From positions 13,640,001-13,704,000 of the forward strand of contig JBHGNT010000009.1 in NCBI GenBank assembly GCA_043228905.1: 64,000 nucleotides of DNA, in the 5' to 3' direction. Shown one piece after another: positions 30,971 through 44,865 of this stretch (position 1 is the stretch's first letter; the number at the start of each line of letters is the position of its first letter). The position numbers and the translations under genes are program-made. Source of the stretch: Azolla caroliniana (taxonomy: Eukaryota > Plantae > Polypodiophyta). The notes under the pieces were generated by a model. The model saw nothing but the letters and a program-made list of their open reading frames with translations. It did not search any database and had not been told where the DNA came from.

Positions 30971-33900
30971 TGTCGGGAACTACACGTCCCCTATGCGCAA
31001 CACTCGGCCACAACCGAGATTAGAATCATACACAAAAAAACAGGAAAGAATGCACGACATAGTGAAGATAAGAGTACACAGGATGTTTACGTGGAAACAC
31101 CAAACTAGGGATAAACCTTGGCAGCCCACAGGCTGCAAACTATCACTATGTTACAGTGTACAACAGTACAGCACCGACGCAACAACCTCGAGCTTCCTAT
31201 CTTCGCCACAAGCAGCGGTTACAATAGAGGCAACGACCTCTTCCTCTCTCTCTCTCTCTATCTGTACGCAGTTACGCGCTCTGATCTCTTGCGCCAACAA
31301 GAATGACAACACTCTACATGACACGCAATAAGTTTGCCCTAAGTCATATTTATACTAATATGACTTTTCGGCTATTTACAAATATAGCCTCAATGGACTT
31401 TCAGAAACATATTTACGAATATGTGTCTTCATCCGGTGAGCACTCCTCACCGGGTCTGCACCATCCAGCTCTTCAGAGCCGGGTACTCCTCATCCGGTTC
31501 TCACCGGGTCTGCACCATCCGGCTCTCCGTAGCCGGGTACTCCTCATCCAGTTCTCACCGGGTCTGCACCATCCGGCTCTCCGAAGCCGGGTACTCCTCA
31601 TCCAGTTCTCACCGAGTCTGCACCATCCGGCTCTCCGAAGCCGGGTACTCCTCATCCGGTTTCGGCCTCGGCCGAGTTTGCTCATCAGCAGTGTTCTTCT
31701 CCCTTCCCATCCGGAGGGACCTGTCTCCCAACAAACTCCCCCTTCACCCCGGCGTGGGGTGTCTTACTAGTCCGATCCGCTTCTGGCATGCATCCAGCTT
31801 GTTGGGTATCAACACTTTGGTCAGCATATCTTACCCATTCTTGGCCGTGTGGATCTTCGTCAGCGCGAACTCCTGGTCATTTACTCTTTCCCAGATCCAA
31901 TATTACCTTCGTTGGATATGCTTCGTCCAGGAATGGTAGGCCACATTCTTAGCAAGGTGGATGGCACTTTGATTGTCGCAATAGAGCCGGTATTCATCTT
32001 GTCGGATACCGAGCTCTCCAATGAAGTTCTTCATCCATAATATTTCCTTGCCGGCTTCCTCAGCCGCCATGTACTCCACCTCCGTGGTTGACAACGCAAC
32101 CATCTTCTGCAGCCTCGATTGCCACGAAACAGCTTCCCCTGCATATGTCATTACATACCCGGATGTAGACCGGCTGGTATCCACATCAGCCGACATGTCT
32201 GAATCTGTAAAACCATCAAGTTGAGGTTTTCCGGAGCCGAATTAGAGACACATATGCAAAGTGCCCTTCAAGTACCGGAGTATCCATTTGACCGCGTTCC
32301 AGTGCTCCTTGCCGGGATTGCTCATGAACAGGCTCACCACTCCGACTGCGTATCCTATATCCGGTCGGGTACACACCATTGCGTACATTAAGCTCCCGAT
32401 GGTAGAGGCATATGGAATCTTCATCATATCCGCCTTCTCTGATTTCGTCTTCAGGCTTTGCTTACTGGATAACCTGCTGTTTGCCGGAAGTGTCGATCCG
32501 ACCGGTTTCGCGTCTGACATGTTGAACCGCTGAAGCACCTTTGTCATGTATTTCTCCTGTGACAGCCACAGTTCCGGATGATATGCATCCCCAACATCTA
32601 TCTTGCCGGACCCAAGTCTTTCATTGAGAAGGTCCGGTTGAGAGCCTTCTTCAGCATCCTAATTCTGGCTTGGTCCCGTCCGACGATCAACATGTCGTCT
32701 ACGTACAGAAGGAGTATCAGGAAGTCGCCTCCTTCGAACTTCTTCACAAACACGCAGTGATCGGCCTGCGTCTTGTGGTACCCTTGATCGGTCATGAAGG
32801 AGTCAAACTTTCGGTACCATTACCGAGGAGCCTGCTTCAGTCCGTACAGGCTCTTCTTCAACCGGCATACTAGGTGCTCCTTCCCTTTCTCCATGAATCC
32901 TTCCAATTGCTGCATGTAGATCTCCTCTTCGAGGTCGCCGTGAAGGAAAGCCGTCTTCATGTCCAGCTGCTCTACCTTGAGGTCCATGCTTGCTGCTATA
33001 CTCAACACCGTCCGGATGGAGGTCATCTTTACTACCGGGGCAAATATCTCGTCGAAGTCCACACCCTTCGTCTGCTGGAACCCCTTCACCACAATCCTGG
33101 CTTTGTATCTCCGGGGGTTGCCGGCATCTCCCGGTTTCAACTTGTACACCCACTTGTTTCGGAGTGCCCGCTTTCCTTTCGGCAACTCCACCAATTCGTA
33201 CGTATGGTTCTGATGCATGGAATCCATCTCATCCTACATGGCACTTAACCATTTTCGGCTGTGGGTGTCATCCTTCGCTTCATCGAAGCTTTTCGGCTCC
33301 CCCTCATCGGTCAGCAAAACATGCTCTGCATCCGGAAATCTCCGGAGGGCCCTTCTCTCTCTGAGAGGATATCTCCGTCTTCGGGTTTCGGTAACCGGCT
33401 CCTCCATTTGCTCTTCATCCAAATCCGATTCGGGGTCTTGGCCGGTTCCGGTTTCAACTTCTTGTACTTCTTCTTCATCCTATTTGGTATCCTCACCGTA
33501 ACCGGCTGGTCCCTCGAGTGCGAACCGGTCTCTTGTCAGTTGGGACTGCTCATCGTAGAATCGATCCTTACCGATCGACTCAGAGTTCATTATCTTCTTC
33601 TCCGACTCCCAGTCGGCAAGCGTCTTGTCCTCCATGAAGATAACATCTCGACTCCGGAATACCTTCTTGTCGACTAGGTCCCACACTCGGTAGCCGAACT
33701 CATCGTCGCCGTAAGTGAGGAATATGCATGGCCGGGTCTTTGGATCTAACTTTCCTCTCCGGTCCTTAGCTACATGCACGTACGGGAAACACCCGAACAC
33801 CTTCAGATGCCGGTAGGATACTTCCTTACTGGTCCATACTCTCTGTGGCGTGTCTCCGTCCAAGGGTACTGAGGGTGATCTGTTTATCACATATGTCGCC

Positions 33901-36900
33901 GTCGAGAGTGCCTCAGCCCAAAACTTCTTGGGTAGTTTTGCATGCACTAGCATACTCCGGACCCTCTACATTATGGTCCGGTTCATCCTCTTGGCTAGCC
34001 CATTTAGTTTCGGCGTCTTCGGCACGGTAAATTCGAGCCGGATTCCCTTCGAGCGACGGTACTCCTCGAACTGCCCCCGGTATTCACCTCCGTTATCTGC
34101 TCGAACCGCCTTCAGCTTCCGGCCGGTATCTCTTTCCACTCTCGCGTGGAACTCTTTGAAGACGGATAGCACCTCATCCTTCATCTTCAACGGTGTGGCC
34201 CATAGCTTCCGGTTGTGGTCATCTATGAACGTCACGAAGTACTGTGATCCTGCATGTGACTTCGTGTCCACTTGACACACGTCAGTATGCACCAACTCCA
34301 GTGGTGTATTACGTCCCATCGGTGACCTTGGTCGAAAGGAAGTCCGGTTTTGCTTACCGGCCAGACAATCAGTGCACTTCTCCAAGTGCACGTTCTTCAC
34401 TGGAATGAGGTTGTCATCTGCAAGCCTCTTCATCCCCTTCTCGCTCATGTGACACAGCCTTTTGTGCCACAGCTCACCGGCAGTATCGGATGCCACGTTC
34501 ACTTCCTCCGGAAATAACCGAGCATTCATCAGGTACAGTGTGTTGACCTTCCGGGCCCGAGCCACAATTGGGCTCCCTTTCCTGAACTTCATGACACCGT
34601 TCCGGATGCTACCCGTCTAGCCTTCATCGTCTAGCCGACCGGCTGATATCAGGTTCAGCCGAACCTACGGAACGTGTCGGACATCCTTTAGAAGCAACTT
34701 GCATCCGGTTGGTGTTGTCAGCCACACGTCTCCTATGCCGAAAATTCGGCATGTACCTTCATTCCCCATCCGGACACAGCCGTGATCACCGGCTGAGTAG
34801 GATGAGAAGCATTTCTGGTCCGGGGTAAGGTGGAACGACGCTCCGGAGTCTACCACCCAGGTCATCTCGTCGCCGGCAAGGTTTATCTCACTCTCCTCGG
34901 TGATGAGCATTAACTCTTCTTCACTTGCCGCGATTGCCGTCGTTCCCTTCCGGTCCAGCCCACTCCGGTCTTTACCGTTCCGGTCCGGGGTCCGCTTCGA
35001 ATCGGTACCATCGGTTTCCTCGTCTTTTTGTAAATGCCGACAGTTCTTTTGGAAGTGTCCCGGCTTGCCGCAATAGAAGCAAGTAGGCCTCCCCCTTGAC
35101 TTTGACCGTGTCCCCGACTTCTCCTGGTTTTGGGGACTACAGTTTCTATGTCTTCCGCATTCTGATTCGGTAAGGAGCGCTTTGGATTCGGAGCTCGTAT
35201 CCTTATCTTTCCGACGCGCCTCCTCATCTAGCAAGCTCGACTTCAATCTTGCTAGGGATAACTGTTTTCCTTCCAGCCCGGCGTTGCCCAAAGTGACAAC
35301 CAACGTCTCCCAGCTATCCGGGAGGGAACCGAGTAGGAGTAGCGCTAGTACCTCATTGGCAAGAGGTACTTCCAATGATGTTGCCTAGTGGATCAGCCCC
35401 TGGAAGGCATTCATGTGCTCCGCCATGCTGGAGCTATCTTGGTACCGGAGTCTTACTAGCTTCCGGAATACCGAAACTTGATTAACAGCATTTTTGTTCT
35501 GAAACATAATGTCGATCTTCTCCCAGAGCTCATGAGCCTTGCTCTCTTCATTGAAGTTGTTGTATAGACTCATGTCGATGAAGCACCGTATGTACGTCAT
35601 TGTTTTCATGTGCATCACCTCCCATATCGCAGCGTCGATTTTGTCCAGTCTCTTGTCCCCGAACTCGACCGGCAGCCAAAGGTCTTTAACCACCAGCATG
35701 TCCCTCATCTTCGACTTCCACACCGAATAGTTGGAGCTGGTGAGCTTGAACATGCCTCCCAACGAATCATCCATTTTCTGTGTTGCCTTGCTCTAATACC
35801 ACTGGTCGGGAACTACATGTCCCCTATGCGCAACGCTCGGCCACAATCGAGCTTAGAATCATACACAAAAAAACAGGAAAGAATGCACAACACAGTGAAG
35901 AGAAGAGTACACAGGATGTTTACGTGGCAAGCCCAAACTAGGGAAAAACCACGACAGCCCACAAGCTGCAAACTATCACTATGTTACAGTGTACAACAGT
36001 AAAGCACCGACGCAACAACCTCGAGCTTTCTATCTTCGCAACAGGCGGCGGTTACAACAGAGGCAACGACCTCTTCCTCTCTCTCTCTCTCTCTGTACAC
36101 AGTTACGCATTCTGATCTCTTGTGCCAACAAGAATGACAACAACACTCTACATGACACGCAATAAGTTTGCCCTAAGTCATATTTATACTAATATGACTT
36201 TTCGTCTATTTACAAATATAGCCTCGATGGACTCTCAGAAACATATTTACGAATATGTGTCTTCATCCGGTGAGCACTCCTCACCGGGTCTGCACCATCC
36301 GGCTCTCCGTAGCCGGGTACTCCTCATCTGGTTCTCACCGGGTCTGCACCATCCGGCTCTCCGAAGCCGGGTACTCCTCATCCGGTTCTCACCGGGTCTG
36401 CACCATCCGGCTCTCCGAAGCCGGGTACTCCTCATCCGGTTCTCACCGAGTCTGCACCATTCGGCTCTTTGAAGCCGGGTAATCCTCATCCGGTTTCGGC
36501 CTCGGCCCAGTTTGCTCATCAGCACTGTTCTTCTCCCTTCCTATCCGGAGGGACCTATCTCCCAACAAACTCCCCCTTCACTCCGGTATGGGGTGTCTTA
36601 CTAGTTCGATCCGCTTCTGGCATGCATCCAGCTTGTCGGGTATCAACACTTTGGTCAGCATATCTGACCCGTTCTTGGAATTGGGCATATCCGGAGTATA
36701 GGTCTCCGATGGAGTATATCGCGCGACTGGCAAATGCTTCCGCAAATTCGTCCACTATCGGACCGACTCCGGAATTCCGGATCGTGACCTTGTTCACCGG
36801 TTGCAAGTCTTGAATAAATTGGAGTGACCCATTCTTCTTCGGAACCGTAAACCATCGATTTGAGTACGAAGCATTTGATGGCTGTAGAATCCCCATCGCC

Positions 36901-37879
36901 ACCTTCTCCTTGAGCAAGTCGATGATTTTCGGAATATGCGCCCGTGGCACCGGAATCGGCTTCAGGTTCCACGGCACATGGTCAATCGTGAAGATCACCA
37001 TGGGCTCCACTATCTTCGGGTCACCGCATCCTATTTCTTTTGATGTAAATGCAAATGCTCTCCCATGTCGCTCTAGCATCCCACGGAATCGTTCTTCTTC
37101 ATTCTTTAATAGGTGTCGGGAACTACACGTCCCCTATGCGCAACACTCGTCCACAACCGAGATTAGAATCATACACAAAAAAACAGGAAAGAATGCACGA
37201 CATAGTGAAGATAAGAGTACACAGGATGTTTACGTGGAAACCCCAAACTAGGGATAAACCTTGGCAACCCACAGGCTGCAAACTATCACTATGTTACAGT
37301 GTACAACAGTACAGCACTGACGCAACAACCTCGAGCTTCCAATCTTCGCCACAAGCGGCGGTTACAATAGAGGCAACGACCTCTTCCTCTCTCTCTCTCT
37401 CTATCTGTACGCAGTTACGCGCTCTGATCTCTTGCGCCAACAAGAATGACAACAACACTCTACATGACACGCAATAAGTTTGCCCTAAGTCATATTTATA
37501 CTAATATGACTTTTCGGCTATTTACAAATATAGCCTCGATGGACTTTCAGAAACATATTTACGAATATGTGTCTTCATCCGGTGAGCACTCCTCACCGGG
37601 TCTGCACCATCCAGCTCTTCGTAGCCGGGTACTCCTCATCCGGTTCTCACCGGGTCTGCACCATTCGGCTCTCCGTAGCCGGGTACTCCTCATCCGGTTC
37701 TCACCGGGTCTGCAGCATCCAGCTCTCCGAAGCCGGGTACTCCTGATCCGGTTCTCACTGAGTCTGCACCATCCGGTTCTCCGAAGCCGGATACTCCTCA
37801 TCCGGTTTCGGCCTCGGCCGAGTTTGCTCATCAGCACTGTTCTTCTCCCTTCCCATCCGGAGGGACCTGTCTCCCAACA
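30971..37879 (-). mobile_element. Copia family A three-LTR complex; TSD ATAGG
   Basis: LTRs 30971-31733, 35804-36567 and 37114-37879. A complete but decayed gag-PR-INT-RT-RH lies at 31745-35774. ATAGG occurs at 30966, 37109 and 37880. Confidence 0.92.
31447..31662. repeat. 4 x 54 bp tandem repeat in copia LTR U3 (also 36281-36496 and 37593-37808)
   Basis: Unit tcaccgggtctgcaccatccggctctccgaagccgggtactcctcatccggttc, head-to-tail with no spacers. Confidence 0.95.
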
Positions 37880-39822
37880 ATAGGAACCCACCTCCACCGA
37901 TCCGAAGTTTCTTCCGGGTTCATCCGTGAAGGCATGTCCGATATCCATGGAATTCCGAAGCGTTGGATCCCCCGAGACTTCTTTCCTCTTTTGTTCGCTA
38001 TCTGCGGGTAACGGTCCCGCGGCCGGTTTCACTTTCTTCTCCACGGTCTTGTATTTCGTACGTACGATTGCTTCTTCTTTGCGGAGCACATCCGGCCCCA
38101 TTTTCACAATGATCTCGTACATCTCGACCGACTACACCGGAATTACCCGATTTCCCTGGCTTGTATCTTCCGCGAGCTCTTCAGGCCGTTGTAGTGTGCT
38201 CCCATAGAACACCTCTTCGACTATTCCCACGATTTCTTCGTCTTCTTTTATTATTGATGCCGACCGTAACTTATCCTCCACTTTTCGATATTCTTTCTTC
38301 ATTCCTCTGGTTAAGGACGTGTACGTGGATGCCCCATCCGGACCGATTCGTACTTGTTTTGCACCGAGAGGTTTCAACCTCTGTGGAGTATTAGGGCTTC
38401 TCGGACTATCACTTCCCCACTCCGCAAAAGTCCGCTCCAAAAATCCATTCTTGTTTGGGACAAGAGCTCTCTCTTGTTCCTTTCATGATTTGCCGACACC
38501 GTTAGGAATTGGACGGATTTCCGTCCGTTTTGGCTCCGAATTCACGCAAAAGGGTTTAGGGTTTAGGAGCACCTTCGTCTCCATCCGTGATGCCGTGATA
38601 AAAGGTTGCCCGAGGATGACGGAGTGTGAGACCTCGTCTTGTACGAAGAAATTTTGGTTGATCTCGACATCCCCGATCTTCACCGTCACATCCGGACAAG
38701 CCGCAAATAGATCTTCTGTTGCTTTAGTGGCCGCCTGGATCTTCCACCCATGATTCGTGTTAATAGGCCACTTACTCTTCCGGTAGAATTCCTTGGAAAT
38801 CAAGTTGATCTCTGATCCGTGATCAATCAATGCTAGCACGGGTTCTTTGATGTTACTGATTCGGACCGGAGTCTCCATAGTTGCGCGTGCCCAGTGTGGC
38901 TTTGTGTAGTGAGAATTCGGTTTTCGTCCTCCAATTCGGTGTCATTCATTAGAACGGTATTTGCATTCACCCTTGGAGCGTTCTCCTCCGTACTTTGCCT
39001 TTTTCTCTTCATGAGATCCACAAGAAGATCGTGGAACTCCTTCTTTGCTATTCCGAGTAATTCTCGAAGCGAAAAATCTACCTGGCTATCGAGGATTCTC
39101 TCCTCGAACACCTTTTTAAAGTCCGTTTCTTGTTCGATGTCCGAGGCGAGCTTGAATGCCGGAATTTTCTTTTCTTTTCCCTTAACTCCGGAGTTCCAGC
39201 TTTCCAGTGTCTTCGATGGACCGGCCGCCTCATCCGTGCGCCGTCGCTTCTCATCTACATACACTTCATGCAATTGGCATAAAGCAAACACGCTATTCTT
39301 ATCGACGGGGCACTCCCATCCCGTAGCTTCCCGGATGCCTTCCGCAGTGCTTCGGATCTCGTTAGAGTTGGTTTTCTCAGTGTTTTCTAGCACTTCCGGC
39401 CAAAAAGACACCTTTGATCCCGATGACTCCCCGACACGTATTCCCACGGTTGTCGCGCAATTGTTCTTTGCCGCTATTCCCTCCTCTAGGACCTTCTTCA
39501 TGCCGCCTTTTTGGAAGTTCGGTCGGAGCGGCTTTCGAGAGTCCATCAAATGAATCAGATTTCCCTCATAGTAGATAAGATCCTATCGTAGCGCTTCCTT
39601 GTGCTCGTCACAATCCCTCCGATCATGTTCGGTGTTATCGCACCATATGCATCGATGGTCCATATACTTGGAACTTGTGGGACGGTCATCCGACTTCTTC
39701 ACCATCGCGATTTTTAGATTCTCCATCTCCTTCAGCAACTGCTCCACCGTGGTTGCGTCGATTCCCTTCTCAGTAGTAGCTTCCCAAGCCCGCGGTTGAT
39801 GGTCTTCCGATCCGGATCTCGG

Positions 39823-41047
39823 TTTCCGGAAAGAGAAAGGGTCTGACACCACTGATTTGAAGAAGAGTTCAAACTGAAATGGTTCGGACCGGAGAGGTCC
39901 GGATCGGAAAGGAACATCGGTGATCGTGACAAGTGAAAAAGAATTGTTGCTCATCACCGAGGAGAATGAGTTAAACCTTGTCGGCGACGAGACAACGTGG
40001 GTTGTCAATTCCGGAGCATCGTTCCACCTGACACTGGACCGGAAATGCTTCTCGTCCTATAGGGTTGGATATCTTGGTTGTGTATGGATGGGGAATGAAG
40101 GGTCATGCCTAATTGTCGGCATAGGAGATGTGTGTTTGACAACATCAACCAAGTGCAACATGCTGCTGAAGGATGTTCGACACGTTTCAGAGATTCGATT
40201 GAACCTGATACCAATCAATTGGCTAGATGATGAAGGCTAGATGGGTAGCATCAGGAACAGAGTCATGAAATTCAGCAAAGGAAGCCTGATCGTGGCTCGA
40301 GGCCGGAAGATCAACACGTTGTACTTGATGCACCACCAGATATGCCAGGAATAAGTGAACATAGCATCCAACACTACCAGTGTCGTGCCTTACGGCTCCA
40401 GGTCGTTGCGTGAGTCGGGTGGGAACCGATGGGGTTTTGGACTAGGAGGAAAGAAAATTCTAAGGCAATTAAGAATATGAAATATATTGTAAGAAAGAAA
40501 CATATGAAAAACTCGTGAATCCCATGAGTATAGTGTATTAGTGAGTTCTCAAATTAAGAGAGAAAAATAGTTAGCAAACTCGTGGATCCCACGATTATAT
40601 TAATCAAACCTTATAAAATAATCAACAAACTCTATACATCTTTCTCTCTTCCTTATATAGTGTTGGAAGAGTCTAAATTTATCACATGCAAGCATCATGC
40701 TTTTTCTATCTTTAGTTTTCATGCACACTTCATGTGCATGACACATTCTTTGTTGGTTGAAAACAAGCATGCAAAAAGATAAATGCTCATAGTCAATATA
40801 AATTTTACCTAGAATTGACTTTCTATCTCATCTTTTCTTTTAACTCGAGTGTCTATGCATGAATAACTTTTTGTACCATGCATGTCTAGAAATTTTACAT
40901 GGGATAAAGTTTAGTATAACTTTAAAATTCATAATACGCTAGTATAATGATAAGGCTTAACATTATTAACATGGAGGTGCAATGTTCGATTCTTGCCCTA
41001 TGCATGTAATATATAATTTTATACTTTCTTCTATTTACAAATATGTC
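39823..41047. repeat. ~1.2 kb direct duplication, copy 2
   Basis: Colinear with 29304-30458. Confidence 0.92.
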
Positions 41048-41343
41048 TCTTCATCTGGCGAGAGACTCACACCGGCCTTCTTCAACCGGCTCTTGCCGGT
41101 TCTTCTTCATCCAGTTCTCGCCGGTTTTCTTTATCCGGTTCTTACCGGATTCTTCTTATCGGTCCTCTTCGTCCGTTTCTCACCGACTCTCACCGGCCTT
41201 CTTCATCCGGCCCTTGCCTAGTTCTGCTTATCGGTTTCGGTCCTCACCGGTTCTTCCTTCCAGTTCTCACTGGGTACTCCATATCGTATCCAGAGAAACC
41301 AAAAATGTAATTTTTCACGTAGTGTGCGAATTACACTACGACA
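40381..41343. repeat. Solo LTR family E (AT-rich), apparent 4-bp TSD CCGG; partial copy at 29862-30458
   Basis: TGTCGT...ACGACA inverted termini. Flanks ccag/ccgg and ctgg. The copia frame ASNTTG|ELWHKRL resumes after it. It contains a copia-LTR-like filler at ~41047-41280. Confidence 0.75.
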
Positions 41344-44300
41344 CTGGTGAGTTGTGGCACAAGAGACTATGTCATATGAACCAGAAGGGGATGAGAATAC
41401 TTGCTGAAGTTATCCTCATTCTAGATGTGAAAGACGTACATCTTGAGAAGTGCACCGATTTCTTGGCCTGCAAGCAAAACCGAACCTCCTTCCGGTCATG
41501 ACCACCGATGAGACGGAATGCATCACTAGAGCCAGTGCATACCGATGTGTGTCAAGTGGACACGAAGTCACATGCCAGATTGTAGTACTTCGTGACGTTC
41601 ATAGATGACCACAGCCGGAAGTTGTGGGTCTCACCGTTGAAGACGAAGGATCAGGTATTGTCCGTCTTCAAGGAGCTCCACGCGAGAGTGGAAAGGGAAA
41701 CCGGCCAGAAGTTAAAGGCGGTTCAAACAGATAATGGAGGCGAATACCGGGGGCAATTCAAGGAGTACTACCGGTTGAAGGGAATCTAGCTCGAATTCAC
41801 CGTGCCAAAGACGCCAGAATTGAACGGGTTGGTTGAACAGATGAACTGGACCATAATGGATAGAGTCTAAAGCATGCTAGCACATGCAAAGTTATCCAAG
41901 ACATTTTGGGTTGAGGTGTTGATGACGGCGACATACGTGATTAAGAGATCACCCTCAGCACTCTTCGAAGGAGACACGCCACTGAGAGTATGGACCGGTA
42001 AAGACGTGTCTTACCTGAATCTGAAGGTATTCGGTTGTCTCGCTTGTGTGCATGTTGCAAAGGATAAGAGAGCAAAGTTGGATACGAAGTCCCAGCCATG
42101 CATATTCCTTGGATACGGCGATGATGAGTTTGGCTACCGAGTGTGGGACTTGGTCAACAAGAAGGTGTTCCGGAGTCGAGACATAGTCTTCATGGAACAC
42201 AAGACTATTGCCGACTGGGAGTCGGAGAAGAAGATAGCAGACTCCGGATTGACTGACAGAGATCGGTCGAAAGACACAAAGACTCATCTGGCCGGAAGCC
42301 GGACGACACTCGAAGAACCAGTCAGAGTAGGACAAGAATCCGGACCTACCAAAGAAGAAGTTTTAGACATCGGAACCGGTCAAGACCCCAAATCAGATTC
42401 GGATGAGAACAAATGGAGGAACTGGTAGTTGAAGACCAAGGATAGAGATACCCTCTCAGATAGAAGAGCCCCCTAGAGATTTCCGAATGCAGAGCACGTA
42501 TTGCTGACCAATGAAGGGGAGCCGGAAAGCTTCAAAGAAGCAAAGAAAGACACCCACAGCTTCAAGTGGTTGAGTACCATGAAGGACGAGATGGATTCCC
42601 TGCATGAGAACCACACATACAAATTGAATGAGCTACCAAAAGGAAAGAGGGCACTCCGGAACAAGTGGGTGTACAAGCTGAAACCGGGAGACGCCAGACA
42701 TCCACGGAGGTACAAGGCCCGGATCGTGGTGAAGGGCTTTCAATTGAAGAAAGGAGTGGATTTCGACGAGATCTTGACCCCAGTACTAAAGATGACATCC
42801 ATCCGGACGGTGTTGAGCATAGCGGCAAGCATGGACGTCGAGGTAGAGCAACTGGACGTGAAGACGACATTCCTACATGGCAACCTCAAAGAAGAGATCT
42901 ACATGAGAAGAAAGGGAAGGAGCACCTGGTGTGTTGGTTGAAGAAGAGCTTATACAGACTGAAGCAAGCTCCTTGGCAATGTTACCAAAAGTTCGCCTCC
43001 TTCATGATCGACCAAGGGTACCACAAGACGCAAGCCGACCACTGCGTGTTCGTGAAGAAATTTGATGGAGGTGACTTCCTAATACTCCTATTGTATGTAG
43101 ATGACATGTTGATCGTTGGACCGGATCGAACCAAAATCAGAAATCTGAAGAAGGCTTTGAACTGAACCTTCTCAATGAAAGATTTGGGTTCGGTGAGATA
43201 GATACTGGGGATGCACATAATCCGGGACCGGTCGAAGAAATTGCTATGGCTGTCACAGGAGAAGTATGTGACAAAGGTGCTTAAACGGTTCAACATGTCA
43301 CAGGAAAGCCGGTCGGGTCGACACTTCCGGCAAACTGCAAGTTTTCTAGAAAGCAAAGCCCGAAGACAAAGGTAGAGAAGTCAGATATGATGAAGATACC
43401 ATATGCCTCTACCGTCGGAAGCTTGATGTATGCGATGGTGTGCACCCAACCAGATATCAAATACGAAGTCAGAGTGGTTAGCCGGTTCATGAGCAATCCA
43501 GGAAGAGAACACTGAAACGCGGTCAAGTGGATACTCTGGTACTTGAAAGGCACCTCAAGTATGTGCCTCCGGTTCGGCTCAGGTAAACCTCAACTTGAAG
43601 GCTTTACAGATTCGGATATGTCAGTTGATGTGGATAACAATTGGTCCACATCCGGATATGTCATAACATATGCAGGGGGAGCCGTATTGTGGCAGTCGAG
43701 GCTGCAGAAGTCCGTTGCACTGTCAACAACGGAGGCAGAGTACATGGTAGCTTTGGAAGCTGGCAAGAAAGTAATCTGGATGAAGGACTTCATCGAAGAG
43801 CTAGGGATTCGACGGGAGGAATACTGGCTCTACTCCGACAATCAAAGTGTCATCCACCTTCCTAAGAACGTGGCCTACCATTCCCGGGTCAAGCACATCC
43901 AGAGAAGATATCACTGGCTCCGGGAGAAGGTAGAAGATCAAGACTTCGCGCTGACGAAGATCCACACGGAGGAGAATAGGTCGGATATGCTGACCAAGGT
44001 GCTGTCAGCCGACAAACTGGACACTTGCTGGAGACGAATCGGACTAATAAGAAATCCCATGCCGGAGTGAAGGGGGAGTTTGTTGGGAATTAGGTCCCTT
44101 CGAAGGAGCCAGATCGAACGAGCCGAAGGAAGGAACTAGACCGAACCAAAAGGTATCCAGATGGATCCGATGTGAACCAGATCCAGGGACATATATGCAA
44201 ATATGTTTCTAGTGTGCCTGTAAAGGCTATATTTGTAGATAGTCTTAAAGTCATATAAGTATAAATATGACTTAGGGCAATCACTTTGAAAGGTTGTTGT

Positions 44301-44596
44301 TAATGTTGTTGTTGTTAGTTGTATCATAGTAGTACAGAGAGAGAGAGAAGAGAAGACGCCGGTTGACGAAGATATAGAGCTCGAGGTCATTGCCTTTGAG
44401 TCTTCCGCTGTACCTCCTTTCTCGTATAGTGATAGTTGGAGTCTGTGGGCTCTCATGGTTTTTCCTTATTAGGGCTTTCCATGTAAACATCCTGTGTCAT
44501 CTCTTCTGTGTAAGTGTACGAACCTCCATTTCTGTTTTGTTCTTTCATAATGTGTTTGAGTCTTTGTTGTGGCCGAACGCTATTCCGCACAGTGTA

Positions 44597-44840
44597 GTGG
44601 GTCCCGTACCCATGCCTTGAAGTTACCCTACCAAGTTACATGAAATAGATTCCCAGAGGTCTATAAAAAGATGATAGCTAGTTGACCGAAATGGGAAGCA
44701 AATTTTTTTTGGTAGAGGAGTTCTTCAGTAATATCATCGTGACTCTCAAAGTCATGAGTAATGGCTATACCGAACCAAACATGACAGGTAGCCGGGCCTT
44801 GGGACAAACCCTAGCTGAATTCTGGAAATCTCAATGCCGT
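44597..44840 (-). pseudogene. psaB: psaB NUPT fragment 1 (5' end, ACG start)
   Basis: (T)[16 protein letters not shown]...WFGIA...[12 protein letters not shown]...[12 protein letters not shown]. It follows psaA after a 25 bp spacer containing the Shine-Dalgarno sequence AGGAGGA. Confidence 0.95.
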
Positions 44841-44865
44841 AGTGTTTCTTGAATCCTCCTAGCCA

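Larger units (their letters stand above)
30455..39822 (-). mobile_element. LTR-less gypsy family P internal segment (gag-PR-RT start), interrupted by copia A
   Basis: Gag RCIWCDNTEHDRRDC, protease ALIDHGSEINL (38483-38878), RT WFTVPKKNGSLRFIQDLQPVN at both 30455-30970 and 36677-37113. Confidence 0.88.
28020..44591 (+). mobile_element. Ty1/copia family A element with nested inserts; TSD GTGTA
   Basis: LTRs 28020-28532 (TG mutated to CA) and 44081-44591. TSD at 28015-28019 and 44592-44596. PBS 28536-28547. Gag/PR 28558-29860, integrase-RT-RNase H 41344-44070, PPT agggggag. Confidence 0.92.

Noticed and set aside
31447-31662. Regular 54-bp repeats as a CRISPR array or repeat-protein gene
   Set aside because: Head-to-tail units without unique spacers, no cas genes, and located inside copia LTR U3 in all three LTR copies.
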